64,000 nt of DNA from Promethearchaeota archaeon (GTDB lineage: Archaea > Asgardarchaeota > Lokiarchaeia > Sigyniarchaeales > SOKP01): positions 1-64,000 of the forward strand of contig RDOA01000005.1 of the NCBI GenBank assembly GCA_011364925.1, written 5' to 3'. Under the pieces are notes generated by a model that saw only the letters and a list, made by a program, of their open reading frames with translations, did no database searches and was not told where the DNA came from. A program made the position numbers and the translations under genes. Positions 19,046-28,101 of the stretch are shown piece by piece (the first letter of the stretch is position 1; every line of letters begins with the position of its first letter).

Positions 19046-20665
19046 ATAGAGCTAGATATCCTTATAAAAAATGGGAGAATCGTCAATGGAACGGGAAATC
19101 CTTGGTATCCTGGAGAAATTGGAATCTTGGATGGAAAAATTATTCATATTAGTCATAAAATAAAGGAAAAAGCAAAAAAAGTAATTAATGCAAATGGACT
19201 TATAGTATGCCCTGGATTTATTGACATCCATTCTCATTCTGATTACTTTTTACCATTTTCTAGAACTTTAGAGTCAACACTTTATCAAGGTATTACAACT
19301 ACCATTGTAGGAATGTGTGGAGACGGAATGGCTCCAATACCTGAGGGAAGGGAAGAAGAATTCAAAAAGTTAATGTCAACTATGGACCCTGCCCTTGCTC
19401 AATTAGATTATCCATATCACACGTTTGGTGAATATTTAGATTATAATGAAAGAAAAAGAAATTCTTCAAACTTAATATTTGCTATAGGATATGGAAATTT
19501 AAGATGGGCGGGAGGTCAAGGTGGTGAAAATAGACCTGCAACTCGAGAAGAACTAGAGAAAATGAAGTTCTACTTACGTGAAGCATTAGAAGCAGGAGCC
19601 TTTGGAATGAGTACAGGATTGATCTATGCACCTCAAGTTTTTGCCACTACTGGAGAAATTATAGAGTTAGCTAAAGTTGTAGCAGAGTATAATGGATTAT
19701 ACTTTTCACATATCCGAGATGAAAGTTCATCAATACTAGATGCAATAAAGGAAGTAATAGAAATTGTTGAAAAATCTGGTTGTGTTGGGGGACAAATTGC
19801 TCATCATAAAGTATCTGGTGAAGCAAATTGGGGAATGAGTAAGGAAACTCTAAAATTAATTGAAGATGCAAATAATCGAGGGATTAATATTGCTTACGAC
19901 CAATACCCATATAATCGAGGATGGTCAAATTTGATGACAGCTCTTCCTCCATGGGCCCGCGTAGGATCATATGAGGATATTTTGGAACGTATAAAAAAAC
20001 CAGAAATTCAGGAAAAAATTAAGCAAGACATCGAGACCGGAATTGAAGGTTGGGAATCTTGGATTAAAAATAATGGATTTCATAATATTTTTATCTCAAC
20101 TGTTGGGAGTGAAAAATGGAAAGATACAGTGAGTAAAAGTATAACTGAAATTACAAAATTAAAAAAATTTCCTGATGATTTTACAACTTTTTTCCAAATT
20201 TTGATTGATAATAATTTATCTGTTAATATAACAATTAGAAGCATGGCTGAAGACGATATACGAAGAATTATGGTTGGTCGATATCATATGGTTGGTACTG
20301 ACGGTGCTGGAATTCCTGCTGCATATAGTGCTGGTGCGTTTCATCCCCGATTTTTTGGCACTTATCCACGAATACTTGGTAAATATGTGCGAGAAGAGAA
20401 GCTGCTGTTATTAGAAGAAGCGATTAGGAAAATGACATCGTTTCCAGCTCAAAGATTAGGATTAAAAGATAGAGGGCTCATTATGGAAAGATATTGGGCA
20501 GATATCGTCATTTTTGATCCCGATAAAGTAAAAGATACCGCGACATTTGAAGATCCATATCAACTTCCAGAAGGTATCCCATATGTAATCGTAAATGGAG
20601 TAATTGTCATTGAAAACGGGGAAAAAAATAAGAAAGCACCAGGGAAAATTATCCGTCGAGTCTGA
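19046..20665 (+). CDS. N-acyl-D-amino-acid deacylase (amidohydrolase); probable ATA/ATT start at 19040-19046
   Basis: (M)ELDILIKNGRIVNGTGNPW, PGFIDIHSHSD, GMSTGLIY, SHIRDE, HPRFFGTYPR. Confidence 0.9.
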   Translation: MELDILIKNGRIVNGTGNPWYPGEIGILDGKIIHISHKIKEKAKKVINANGLIVCPGFIDIHSHSDYFLPFSRTLESTLYQGITTTIVGMCGDGMAPIPEGREEEFKKLMSTMDPALAQLDYPYHTFGEYLDYNERKRNSSNLIFAIGYGNLRWAGGQGGENRPATREELEKMKFYLREALEAGAFGMSTGLIYAPQVFATTGEIIELAKVVAEYNGLYFSHIRDESSSILDAIKEVIEIVEKSGCVGGQIAHHKVSGEANWGMSKETLKLIEDANNRGINIAYDQYPYNRGWSNLMTALPPWARVGSYEDILERIKKPEIQEKIKQDIETGIEGWESWIKNNGFHNIFISTVGSEKWKDTVSKSITEITKLKKFPDDFTTFFQILIDNNLSVNITIRSMAEDDIRRIMVGRYHMVGTDGAGIPAAYSAGAFHPRFFGTYPRILGKYVREEKLLLLEEAIRKMTSFPAQRLGLKDRGLIMERYWADIVIFDPDKVKDTATFEDPYQLPEGIPYVIVNGVIVIENGEKNKKAPGKIIRRV

Positions 20666-20805
20666 TTTTGCATATACACTTATGCCAGATTAGGCAGTAA
20701 ATTATCAAATAGTCTTATAAATTATTAAATTAATATTTTTAATATACATTCAATTTACAAACCCATAAATACAAATAATTCAAATTAAAATAAAGGTAGT
20801 TTTTT

Positions 20806-20946
20806 ATGGCTAAATGGGAATGTGGCGCTTGCGGATACGTTTACGACGAAGATAAAGAAGGTACCAAATTTGAAGATCTCCCTGATGATTGGGTATGCCC
20901 AGTCTGTGGAGTTGATAAGAGTTTCTTTACAAAAATCTCAGATTAA
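20806..20946 (+). CDS. Rubredoxin, 46 aa (not in ORF track)
   Basis: [46 protein letters not shown]; AAGGT upstream. Confidence 0.95.
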   Translation: MAKWECGACGYVYDEDKEGTKFEDLPDDWVCPVCGVDKSFFTKISD

Positions 20947-21156
20947 TACTTATTTATTCCTAATTATTTTTTTTCTCTTTCTTGTTATAGTTAACTCAGT
21001 AGGATTTATAACCTAAAGAAATTAAATTTATTAGATGTAAAAAAAAGATCAACTTAAAATTAAAAAAAATTCCAAAGTGGTGTGAAAATATTATGACTCT
21101 TTTAGAGTTTGAAGCATTTATAGATAAATTTATAGAAAAAATGAGAGGTAATTAAA

Positions 21157-22338
21157 ATGGAATTCATGTTAACAGAAGAACAACAGAAGTTAAAAGCAAA
21201 AGCTAGAGAATTTGCTATTAGAGAAGTCTTGCCTGTTGCTCGAAAATACGACGAATCTGAAGAATTTCCTTTGCCAGTCATTAAAAAAGCGTGGGAGGAG
21301 AAATTGCTTAATACTGGAATACCAAAGAAATACGGCGGACAAGGGTATGGACTACTTGAAGCTTGTTTAGTAGTGGAAGAAATCTCTTCAGCGTGTCCTG
21401 GAATTGCAACTTCAATTTTTGATAACAATCTTGGAGCTGAGCCAATTGTCATTGGAGGAACCGAGGAGCAAAAAGAAAGAATCTTAGGAGAGCTTATTAA
21501 TGAGTTTAAGCTTATCGCATTTGCAACATCGGAACCAACTATGGGATCTGATGTGGCTGGCATGAAATGCCGAGCTGAGCAAGATGGGGATGAGTTCATT
21601 TTAAACGGATCGAAATTCTGGATTACAAATGGCGGGTTTGCTGATTATATCACAGTCTTTGCCACATCTGATCCTGAGAAAAAACATAAAGGAATTGGAA
21701 CTTTTATCGTAGATACTAAAACAGAAGGGGTAAGATTAGGAAAACACATTCCTAAACTTGGTCAGAGAGCATCAAATACTGTCGCCGTTACTCTAAAGGA
21801 TGTAAGAATTCCGAAAGAAAATGTGCTCGCTAAACCAGGTAGAGGATTTGTTCTAGGGATGCAGACATTTGCTCACACTCGTCCTGCAATAGGTGCGTTT
21901 GCTGTTGGCTGTGCTCGTTCTGCTATGGAATATTCAATAGACTATGCGAAAAAACGAGAGGCTTTTGGAAGATCAATAGCAAACTATCAGGTAATACAAG
22001 AAAAGATTGCCAATATGTATAAAGATATAGAAGCGGCTCGATTATTAACCTATAGAGCAGCGTGGGAAGCGGATCGAGGTGTAGATAATAATTTGAGCTC
22101 TTCTATTGCCAAAGCTTTTGCTTCAGATGTTGTGATGAATGTCACAACCGAAGCAATACAAATTTACGGGGGGTATGGTTATTTACGAACTTATCCCGTT
22201 GAAAAATTATTCAGAGATGCAAAACTATATCAAATCTACGAAGGAACAAGCGAAATACAGCGAATTATTATTTCACGATTTGCTATGGAAAAATACGAAC
22301 ACGCAATGCCCAGCGTATTCAAAAGAGATAGGGCTTAA
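21157..22338 (+). CDS. Acyl-CoA dehydrogenase
   Basis: FATSEPTMGSD, NGSKFWITNG, QIYGGYGY, IYEGTSEIQ. Confidence 0.95.
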   Translation: MEFMLTEEQQKLKAKAREFAIREVLPVARKYDESEEFPLPVIKKAWEEKLLNTGIPKKYGGQGYGLLEACLVVEEISSACPGIATSIFDNNLGAEPIVIGGTEEQKERILGELINEFKLIAFATSEPTMGSDVAGMKCRAEQDGDEFILNGSKFWITNGGFADYITVFATSDPEKKHKGIGTFIVDTKTEGVRLGKHIPKLGQRASNTVAVTLKDVRIPKENVLAKPGRGFVLGMQTFAHTRPAIGAFAVGCARSAMEYSIDYAKKREAFGRSIANYQVIQEKIANMYKDIEAARLLTYRAAWEADRGVDNNLSSSIAKAFASDVVMNVTTEAIQIYGGYGYLRTYPVEKLFRDAKLYQIYEGTSEIQRIIISRFAMEKYEHAMPSVFKRDRA

Positions 22339-22461
22339 AAATTAAAGTATTCAATTTTTTTACTCTTATTTTATCTGTTTCTTGCATAAAATTAAAATTA
22401 AAAATCATATTTTTTACTCTATTGGATAATTTGGGACTATCATTGATTAGGGAATAATAAT

Positions 22462-23958
22462 ATGTTAGAAGAAGCTACAAACGAATCTAAATTTTCTGAC
22501 AAAGCAGATATGGGGATTGTACCTATGAAAGAAAAGCTAGCTTATGCTTTTGGTCAAATGCCTGGTACATTCTACGGAGGAGTTATGGGAGTTATCCAAT
22601 CGTTCTATTTTGCTTGGATGGGATTATTGACGATATGGATAAGTATTGCCCAAATAGTTTACGCGGTTTGGAATGTGGTAAATGATCCAATTTTTGGGAA
22701 TGTAATTGGAAACACTCGGTATTACGATAAAAGAAAAGGAGAAATACAAAGATATATCCCATATATTAAATTTGGCGCTCCAATTTTTAGCTTGTGCTTT
22801 GCACTGGTATTCTTTCCACCAGATGCTTGGAGAGGGCAACCTTCAAACCTTATAATTCAAGTTTGGCTTTTTACGTGGTATCTTGTAACACAATTAGCCT
22901 ACGACACTTTATTCACTCTCGTTTTATGCGCTTATGTTGCTTTACTCCCTCAAATGACTTTAAATCAACGTGAGCGAGAGAAAATCCAACTTTATGCGAC
23001 AGCAGTTCAAATACCTGCAATTCTAATCGGATTTATTATTCCTGTAACTTTCCTTGCAAATCCTTCAGCAGAAAAAATTACTCAATTTCAAATCCTAGTA
23101 GTGGCAATTGCAATCTTTGGAATCGTTCCTTATTTTATTTTATCCAAATATGTAAGAGAACATAGTGAACACATTCCTGAGAATAAAACGCCTTTATTTA
23201 AATCGCTAAAACTCGCTTTTAAAAATCCATCCTATAGGGTATACTTGATATACGACGGGGTTTCAGTGCTATTCTTGAATTTAATTATGGTGAGTTTACC
23301 ATTTTATTTAACTTGGGTTTTGGGACCAATGAAAGGGCTTAATATGCTTGTCTTCTGGATTGGACCAATTACTTGCGTTATTTTATCAGTTCCGATTATT
23401 CTCAAGATCGCATCAAAATATTCGACAAAAGCATCGATTTCATATTATTTCGGAGCTCTTTCTATAGGTGGTATCTCAAGTTTTTTTGCTGGACTTCTCG
23501 GTAATTGGGTTCTTGTTTCTATAGGGTTTTCAATATTTATGCTCGGTTTTACGGGAGAATTTATTCAACATAATCCAATGAGAGCAGACACTATAGATTA
23601 TGATTATTGGAAAATTTCGGGGGAAAGGAGAGAGGGACTCTATGCAGGAATAGGACCATTAATTAGTAAACCCATGATTAGTGTAGCTTTAGCCGTACCA
23701 CCTGCTTTAATGACAGCTTTTGGGTTAATTTATGTGGATGCTGTTGGTGGATTATCACCAACCCATGGTCTAGCTGCTGCTTCCTTGGGTGTTAATATTA
23801 GCATGACGCTTATTCCAGGAATAACATGTTTAATCGGTTTAATAATTTGGATAAAATTTTATCCTCTAACCGGAAAAGTCGTAGAAGAAATGAAAAAAGA
23901 AGTTCGCATTCTGCATGAACAACGAAAAAAAGAGTACGAAGAAAAGCGTCGTTCTTAA
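22462..23958 (+). CDS. MFS transporter, glycoside-pentoside-hexuronide (GPH) family
   Basis: WNVVNDPIFG, ADTIDYD...GERREGLYAG, 12-TM pattern. Confidence 0.88.
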   Translation: MLEEATNESKFSDKADMGIVPMKEKLAYAFGQMPGTFYGGVMGVIQSFYFAWMGLLTIWISIAQIVYAVWNVVNDPIFGNVIGNTRYYDKRKGEIQRYIPYIKFGAPIFSLCFALVFFPPDAWRGQPSNLIIQVWLFTWYLVTQLAYDTLFTLVLCAYVALLPQMTLNQREREKIQLYATAVQIPAILIGFIIPVTFLANPSAEKITQFQILVVAIAIFGIVPYFILSKYVREHSEHIPENKTPLFKSLKLAFKNPSYRVYLIYDGVSVLFLNLIMVSLPFYLTWVLGPMKGLNMLVFWIGPITCVILSVPIILKIASKYSTKASISYYFGALSIGGISSFFAGLLGNWVLVSIGFSIFMLGFTGEFIQHNPMRADTIDYDYWKISGERREGLYAGIGPLISKPMISVALAVPPALMTAFGLIYVDAVGGLSPTHGLAAASLGVNISMTLIPGITCLIGLIIWIKFYPLTGKVVEEMKKEVRILHEQRKKEYEEKRRS

Positions 23959-23978
23959 AATCACGATTTTTAATTGTA

Positions 23979-24530
23979 TCAATTCTGTTTTTTAAGTATC
24001 TTTATAGCAGCATCAAGAAAGTTAGCGCAAACTAAATTTGCCTCTATTCCATTTGATTTTAAATCACTTAAATGCTTTTCTCCATGCCCAGTAACCATAT
24101 AAACCGTTTTGCAACCTCCATTAATCCCAAATTGTATATCAGATGGGTGATCACCAATCATCCAAGATGATGTTAAATCAACATCCCACTTGACAGCTAT
24201 TTCGTTTAAGAATTTTGGTTTAGGTTTTCGACAATCGCAGTAATCTTCCTTAACATGCGGACAGTAAAAAGTATTTTCAATTTTGATGTTGTTTTCATTT
24301 AATATAGATACAAGATGATTGTTATAATTGAAAAAGTCTTCTACCGTGTAGTAACCTCTTCCTATACCAGATTGATTGGTCACAATAAAAAGAATAAAGT
24401 CGTTTTGTAATTCCTTTAATCCCTCAATAACTCCGGGTAGTAGTTCTAAATCTTCAATTTTATACGAATAATTTCTATCCTCTATTAAAACCCCGTCTCT
24501 ATCTAAAATAATCGCTTTATTTTTTCTCAT
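23979..24530 (-). CDS. HAD-IIIA phosphatase (GmhB/HisB-like)
   Basis: LDRDGVL, TNQSGIGRG, CPH...CDCRKP, MIGD. Confidence 0.9.
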   Translation of the reverse strand: MRKNKAIILDRDGVLIEDRNYSYKIEDLELLPGVIEGLKELQNDFILFIVTNQSGIGRGYYTVEDFFNYNNHLVSILNENNIKIENTFYCPHVKEDYCDCRKPKPKFLNEIAVKWDVDLTSSWMIGDHPSDIQFGINGGCKTVYMVTGHGEKHLSDLKSNGIEANLVCANFLDAAIKILKKQN

Positions 24531-24612
24531 ATAATTAGTAATTTTTCAACCTACTTAAAGGAGCCAAACTACTTTGAATAGTGATAAAAGCCATGAAGCT
24601 TCAATTTTTACA

Positions 24613-24659
24613 ACTATGTAGACTTAACACATACTATGTAGAACCAACAAGTTTAAATA
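24613..24659 (+). promoter_or_regulatory. Direct repeat ACTATGTAGA (x2, 20-bp period) abutting the BRE/TATA of the flavodoxin gene
   Basis: Copies at 24613 and 24633, followed by CAAG-TTTAAATA at about 24648-24659. Confidence 0.5.
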
Positions 24660-24712
24660 GAAAGTAATCTATTTATTATTTAAATTAACACAAATCCTAA
24701 AGGTGGCTAATA

Positions 24713-25561
24713 TTGAGAGTCTTAGCTATAATGGGAAGTCCTAGAAAGGGTTATGGAACAATAATAATGCAACAACTAGAACATCAACTAAAATTACTTC
24801 AAGAAGTTGAATTTGAATATTTATATCTTAAAGATGTTAATCTAGAATCTTGCAGAGGGTGTCATTCCTGTTTTTTCAAAGGCGAAGATAAGTGCCCTGT
24901 AAGAAATGACGATAGAGATGCAATTCTCAATAAAATTGATAAAGCTGATGGTGTAATTTTCGTAGCTCCCGCTTATGCACTACATATTCCAGCACTTATG
25001 AAAAACTTTTTTGACCGATTAGCCTATATCTTTCATAGACCTCGCTTTTTCGGAAAAATTGCAATAGGGATTTGCAATCAAGGTATTGCAGATGCTAAAA
25101 AAATTACAAAGTACTTCAATCAAGTCGCTAACTCTTGGGGATTTAATTTCGTACATCACCTAGAAATTCGGACTATGCCCATCGAAGGAGCAGAACGAAA
25201 AATTAATAAGAAAATAAAGAAAACCTGCAAAGTATTCATCAAAGCTTTAAACGGAAAACGATATCAAAAACCAAGTTTAGGTAGTGTTCTTGGATTTAGT
25301 ATTAGAAAGATGTTACATAGAATAGCAATAGACGAGACTAATACGGATTACAAATATTGGCTTGAGCAAGGATGGCTGGAAGATGGTAAGCAATACTATT
25401 ACGACATACGATTAGGGATCTTTAAGAGGATTTTCGCTGGATTATTAAGTGTAATATTAAAACCACAATTCAAAAAGATGTTCGCTGGCGATCCTCACCA
25501 AGCTTATAACCAGTACTTAAAATTAGAATCGCTAAAGTTTGAAAATGTAGTTGTAAGTTAA
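24713..25561 (+). CDS. Flavodoxin/NADPH-dependent FMN reductase family protein
   Basis: MGSPRKG, CRGCHSC...CP, ADGVIFVAP...MKNFFDR. Confidence 0.85.
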   Translation: MRVLAIMGSPRKGYGTIIMQQLEHQLKLLQEVEFEYLYLKDVNLESCRGCHSCFFKGEDKCPVRNDDRDAILNKIDKADGVIFVAPAYALHIPALMKNFFDRLAYIFHRPRFFGKIAIGICNQGIADAKKITKYFNQVANSWGFNFVHHLEIRTMPIEGAERKINKKIKKTCKVFIKALNGKRYQKPSLGSVLGFSIRKMLHRIAIDETNTDYKYWLEQGWLEDGKQYYYDIRLGIFKRIFAGLLSVILKPQFKKMFAGDPHQAYNQYLKLESLKFENVVVS

Positions 25562-25663
25562 ATTACTATATTACCACAATCATTTGAAGCAATATTGACA
25601 TGTTATATCTATTGAAGCTTATTATATAATTAAGAAATTAAAAAAAAAATAAAAAAAGTTTAT

Positions 25664-26068
25664 TTACTCGTTCCCGCGATAAAGCCACAAACCATGTAAA
25701 TTACAATATTCACGAGCGACTAATCCTGTTGTATCGCTAACGACAAATTCTGCTTTAGGCTCCATTCCAGGTGCCAACATTTGTCTTTTGTAGCAGTTTC
25801 CTTTACAGATTAATTCAATCCACATTATATAATGCTCTTCGGTCATAGGGTGTGGTGTTCCCATAGAAATACCAACATCAACGGTAACCTTATTACCATT
25901 AACCGTGATTTTAGGAACATGTTTCTCACCCTTCCAGTCAGCGGTTTTTTCCTCCATCAATTCCATAGGTTTTGCACAACAAATGGTTTCTTTAGATGCA
26001 GGATTAAGGATTTCAATAACTTTACCACAAACATTGCATTTGTAAATTTCTTTTTGCTTCATAACCAT
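25664..26068 (-). CDS. dfx: Desulfoferrodoxin (2Fe superoxide reductase)
   Basis: CNVCG...CC, EKHVP, HPMTEEHYI, YCNLHGLW. Confidence 0.95.
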   Translation of the reverse strand: MVMKQKEIYKCNVCGKVIEILNPASKETICCAKPMELMEEKTADWKGEKHVPKITVNGNKVTVDVGISMGTPHPMTEEHYIMWIELICKGNCYKRQMLAPGMEPKAEFVVSDTTGLVAREYCNLHGLWLYRGNE

Positions 26069-26163
26069 TTCTCACTTTCTATATTTAAGAAAAGCGTTGA
26101 TTCTAATATTTGAAAGTTAATATTTAATTATTTTGATTAAATTTTATAATTTAAATCAAGATT

Positions 26164-26748
26164 TTAGAAGTCTTCGCATTTTTTTCTGAAATACGCTCTT
26201 GGATGTGAACAGCTTGGACATACGAAGTCATCTGGAAGCTCATCCATCTCAACTTGGTAACCACATTCAAGGCATATCCATACTACTTTTTCTCCTCGCT
26301 TAAAGAAAATGTCATCGCCTACTAATTTAAGTAATTTACCATATCTTTCTGAATGGTGTTTTTCTGCGAGAGCAATAGATCGAAGTCTTTCAGCGATTTT
26401 TGGATATCCTTCCTTTTCTGCGACATCAGCAAATCCCGGGTACATTTCCTGCCACTCGTAATCCTCACCAGCAATGGCGGATATTAAATTTTCTTCTGTG
26501 GTTCCATAGGTAGTAGGTCCAGCAGCTTTTACTTCCAAGTGTCCAAAATCTTCCTCGTTTTTAAGATCTTGGAGCATTTTATAGTTCCAACCACCATGTT
26601 CTTTTTCCTGATTAGCAGTTTCTTCAAAAATCTGTGAGATAAGGACATATCCTTCTTTTTTAGCGATTGAAGAAAACATTGTATACCTATTTCTTGCTTG
26701 AGATTCTCCCAAAAACGCGGTGAATAAATTTTTAACTGTTTTTTTCAT
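26164..26748 (-). CDS. rbr: Rubrerythrin
   Basis: [18 protein letters not shown]-terminal CLECG...CPSC. Confidence 0.95.
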   Translation of the reverse strand: MKKTVKNLFTAFLGESQARNRYTMFSSIAKKEGYVLISQIFEETANQEKEHGGWNYKMLQDLKNEEDFGHLEVKAAGPTTYGTTEENLISAIAGEDYEWQEMYPGFADVAEKEGYPKIAERLRSIALAEKHHSERYGKLLKLVGDDIFFKRGEKVVWICLECGYQVEMDELPDDFVCPSCSHPRAYFRKKCEDF

Positions 26749-26954
26749 ATTCTCACCTTTGGTTATTTATTTATTGGATATTTTCAGTAAATTGAATATT
26801 TTTGAATATTTATCTATTTCGCTAAAATTAACTTTTACACTTATAATTTAAAGGAAATATGATGTATTGATTTTCACCTTTTTAATTAACTATTTAGTAT
26901 TGCTTAAATTTATCTAAGAAAGCTCCTTCGCTAAACATGATTAAGAAGGCATAG

Positions 26955-28097
26955 TTGAAAAAAATGGATAATAATAACATTCTTCAAGAAATATATGCTT
27001 GTAAAGATTGCAAAACATGTATGGATTATTGTGATACTTTTATGGTGTCAAATGATCTGTTAAAATCCCCAAATGGGAGATTAAAAATTGCTGAAAAGAT
27101 CTTTACGAACAAAGAAATATCGGAAGAAGAAACTATTGGATTATATACATGTACTTTATGCGCTGAATGTGATTTAGTTTGTGAACAAAATATTTCAATA
27201 TCTAAAATAATCTATTCCTCTAAAATAAAGTTAGTTGAGCAAAATAAAGCCCCTTTAGCTATTCATAAAAAAATCATTAAAGATATTATGGAAAAGGATA
27301 ATTCGGTGAATGGAAATCCTGGAGAACGTTTAGAATGGTTACCTGAAGAATTTAGAGACGAAGAACTATACGAAGACAAAGAATCAGATACACTATTGTT
27401 TTTAGGATGCATGTCTTCCTTTCGCGTAAAAGAAAGTGCGATTACTGCCTACAAAATCTTAAAAAAATGTAATTATGACTTTAAAATATTCAAAAATGAA
27501 CCGTGTTGTGGAGAATATATTTATTCAGCGGGTGATATCAATCTCGCTAAAAAAGTATTTCAGATAAATTCGGAATTGTTTAAATCCAAGGGAATAAAAA
27601 ATCTAATTGTTACATGCGGAGGGTGTTTATATGCTTTTGATCAAGTATATCCTCTTTATATTAAAGATTACAAAATAAAAGTTAGACATATAGTTGATGT
27701 CATTTATGAATTAGAAAGCCAGAACAAAATTGACTTAATTCCTTTAAATAAGTCCATAACATATCACGATCCTTGTAGACTCGGAAGAAAATACAATAAT
27801 GGACCTTTATACTTAGAACCTAGAGCTTTATTAGAAAAGTGTGGATTAGATGTAAAAGAGATTGCACAGAACCATAGTGAGTGTCCATGTTGTGGTGCTG
27901 GTTCTGGAATCAGAGGTGTTGATAGTAGTATTAGCATAAAAATTGGTAAAAAAATATTCGAAAAAGTCGAAACTAAAGAAATTGCATCATCTTGTCCCCT
28001 ATGTGTTTTTAATTTCAGGTATGTTAATTACAAAACTCAATCAGAAAAAGAAATCAAATATATAACAGATTATATATTAGAAGCTTATAAAAATTAA
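26955..28097 (+). CDS. HdrD/GlpC-like Fe-S oxidoreductase (CCG domains)
   Basis: CKDCKTC, CTLCAEC, EPCCG, YHDPCRLGR, CCGAGSG, CPLC. Confidence 0.88.
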   Translation: MKKMDNNNILQEIYACKDCKTCMDYCDTFMVSNDLLKSPNGRLKIAEKIFTNKEISEEETIGLYTCTLCAECDLVCEQNISISKIIYSSKIKLVEQNKAPLAIHKKIIKDIMEKDNSVNGNPGERLEWLPEEFRDEELYEDKESDTLLFLGCMSSFRVKESAITAYKILKKCNYDFKIFKNEPCCGEYIYSAGDINLAKKVFQINSELFKSKGIKNLIVTCGGCLYAFDQVYPLYIKDYKIKVRHIVDVIYELESQNKIDLIPLNKSITYHDPCRLGRKYNNGPLYLEPRALLEKCGLDVKEIAQNHSECPCCGAGSGIRGVDSSISIKIGKKIFEKVETKEIASSCPLCVFNFRYVNYKTQSEKEIKYITDYILEAYKN

Positions 28098-28101
28098 AAA
28101 A

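Noticed and set aside
20822-21016. 64-aa ORF in the track
   Set aside because: Wrong frame; the real gene is the rubredoxin at 20806-20946
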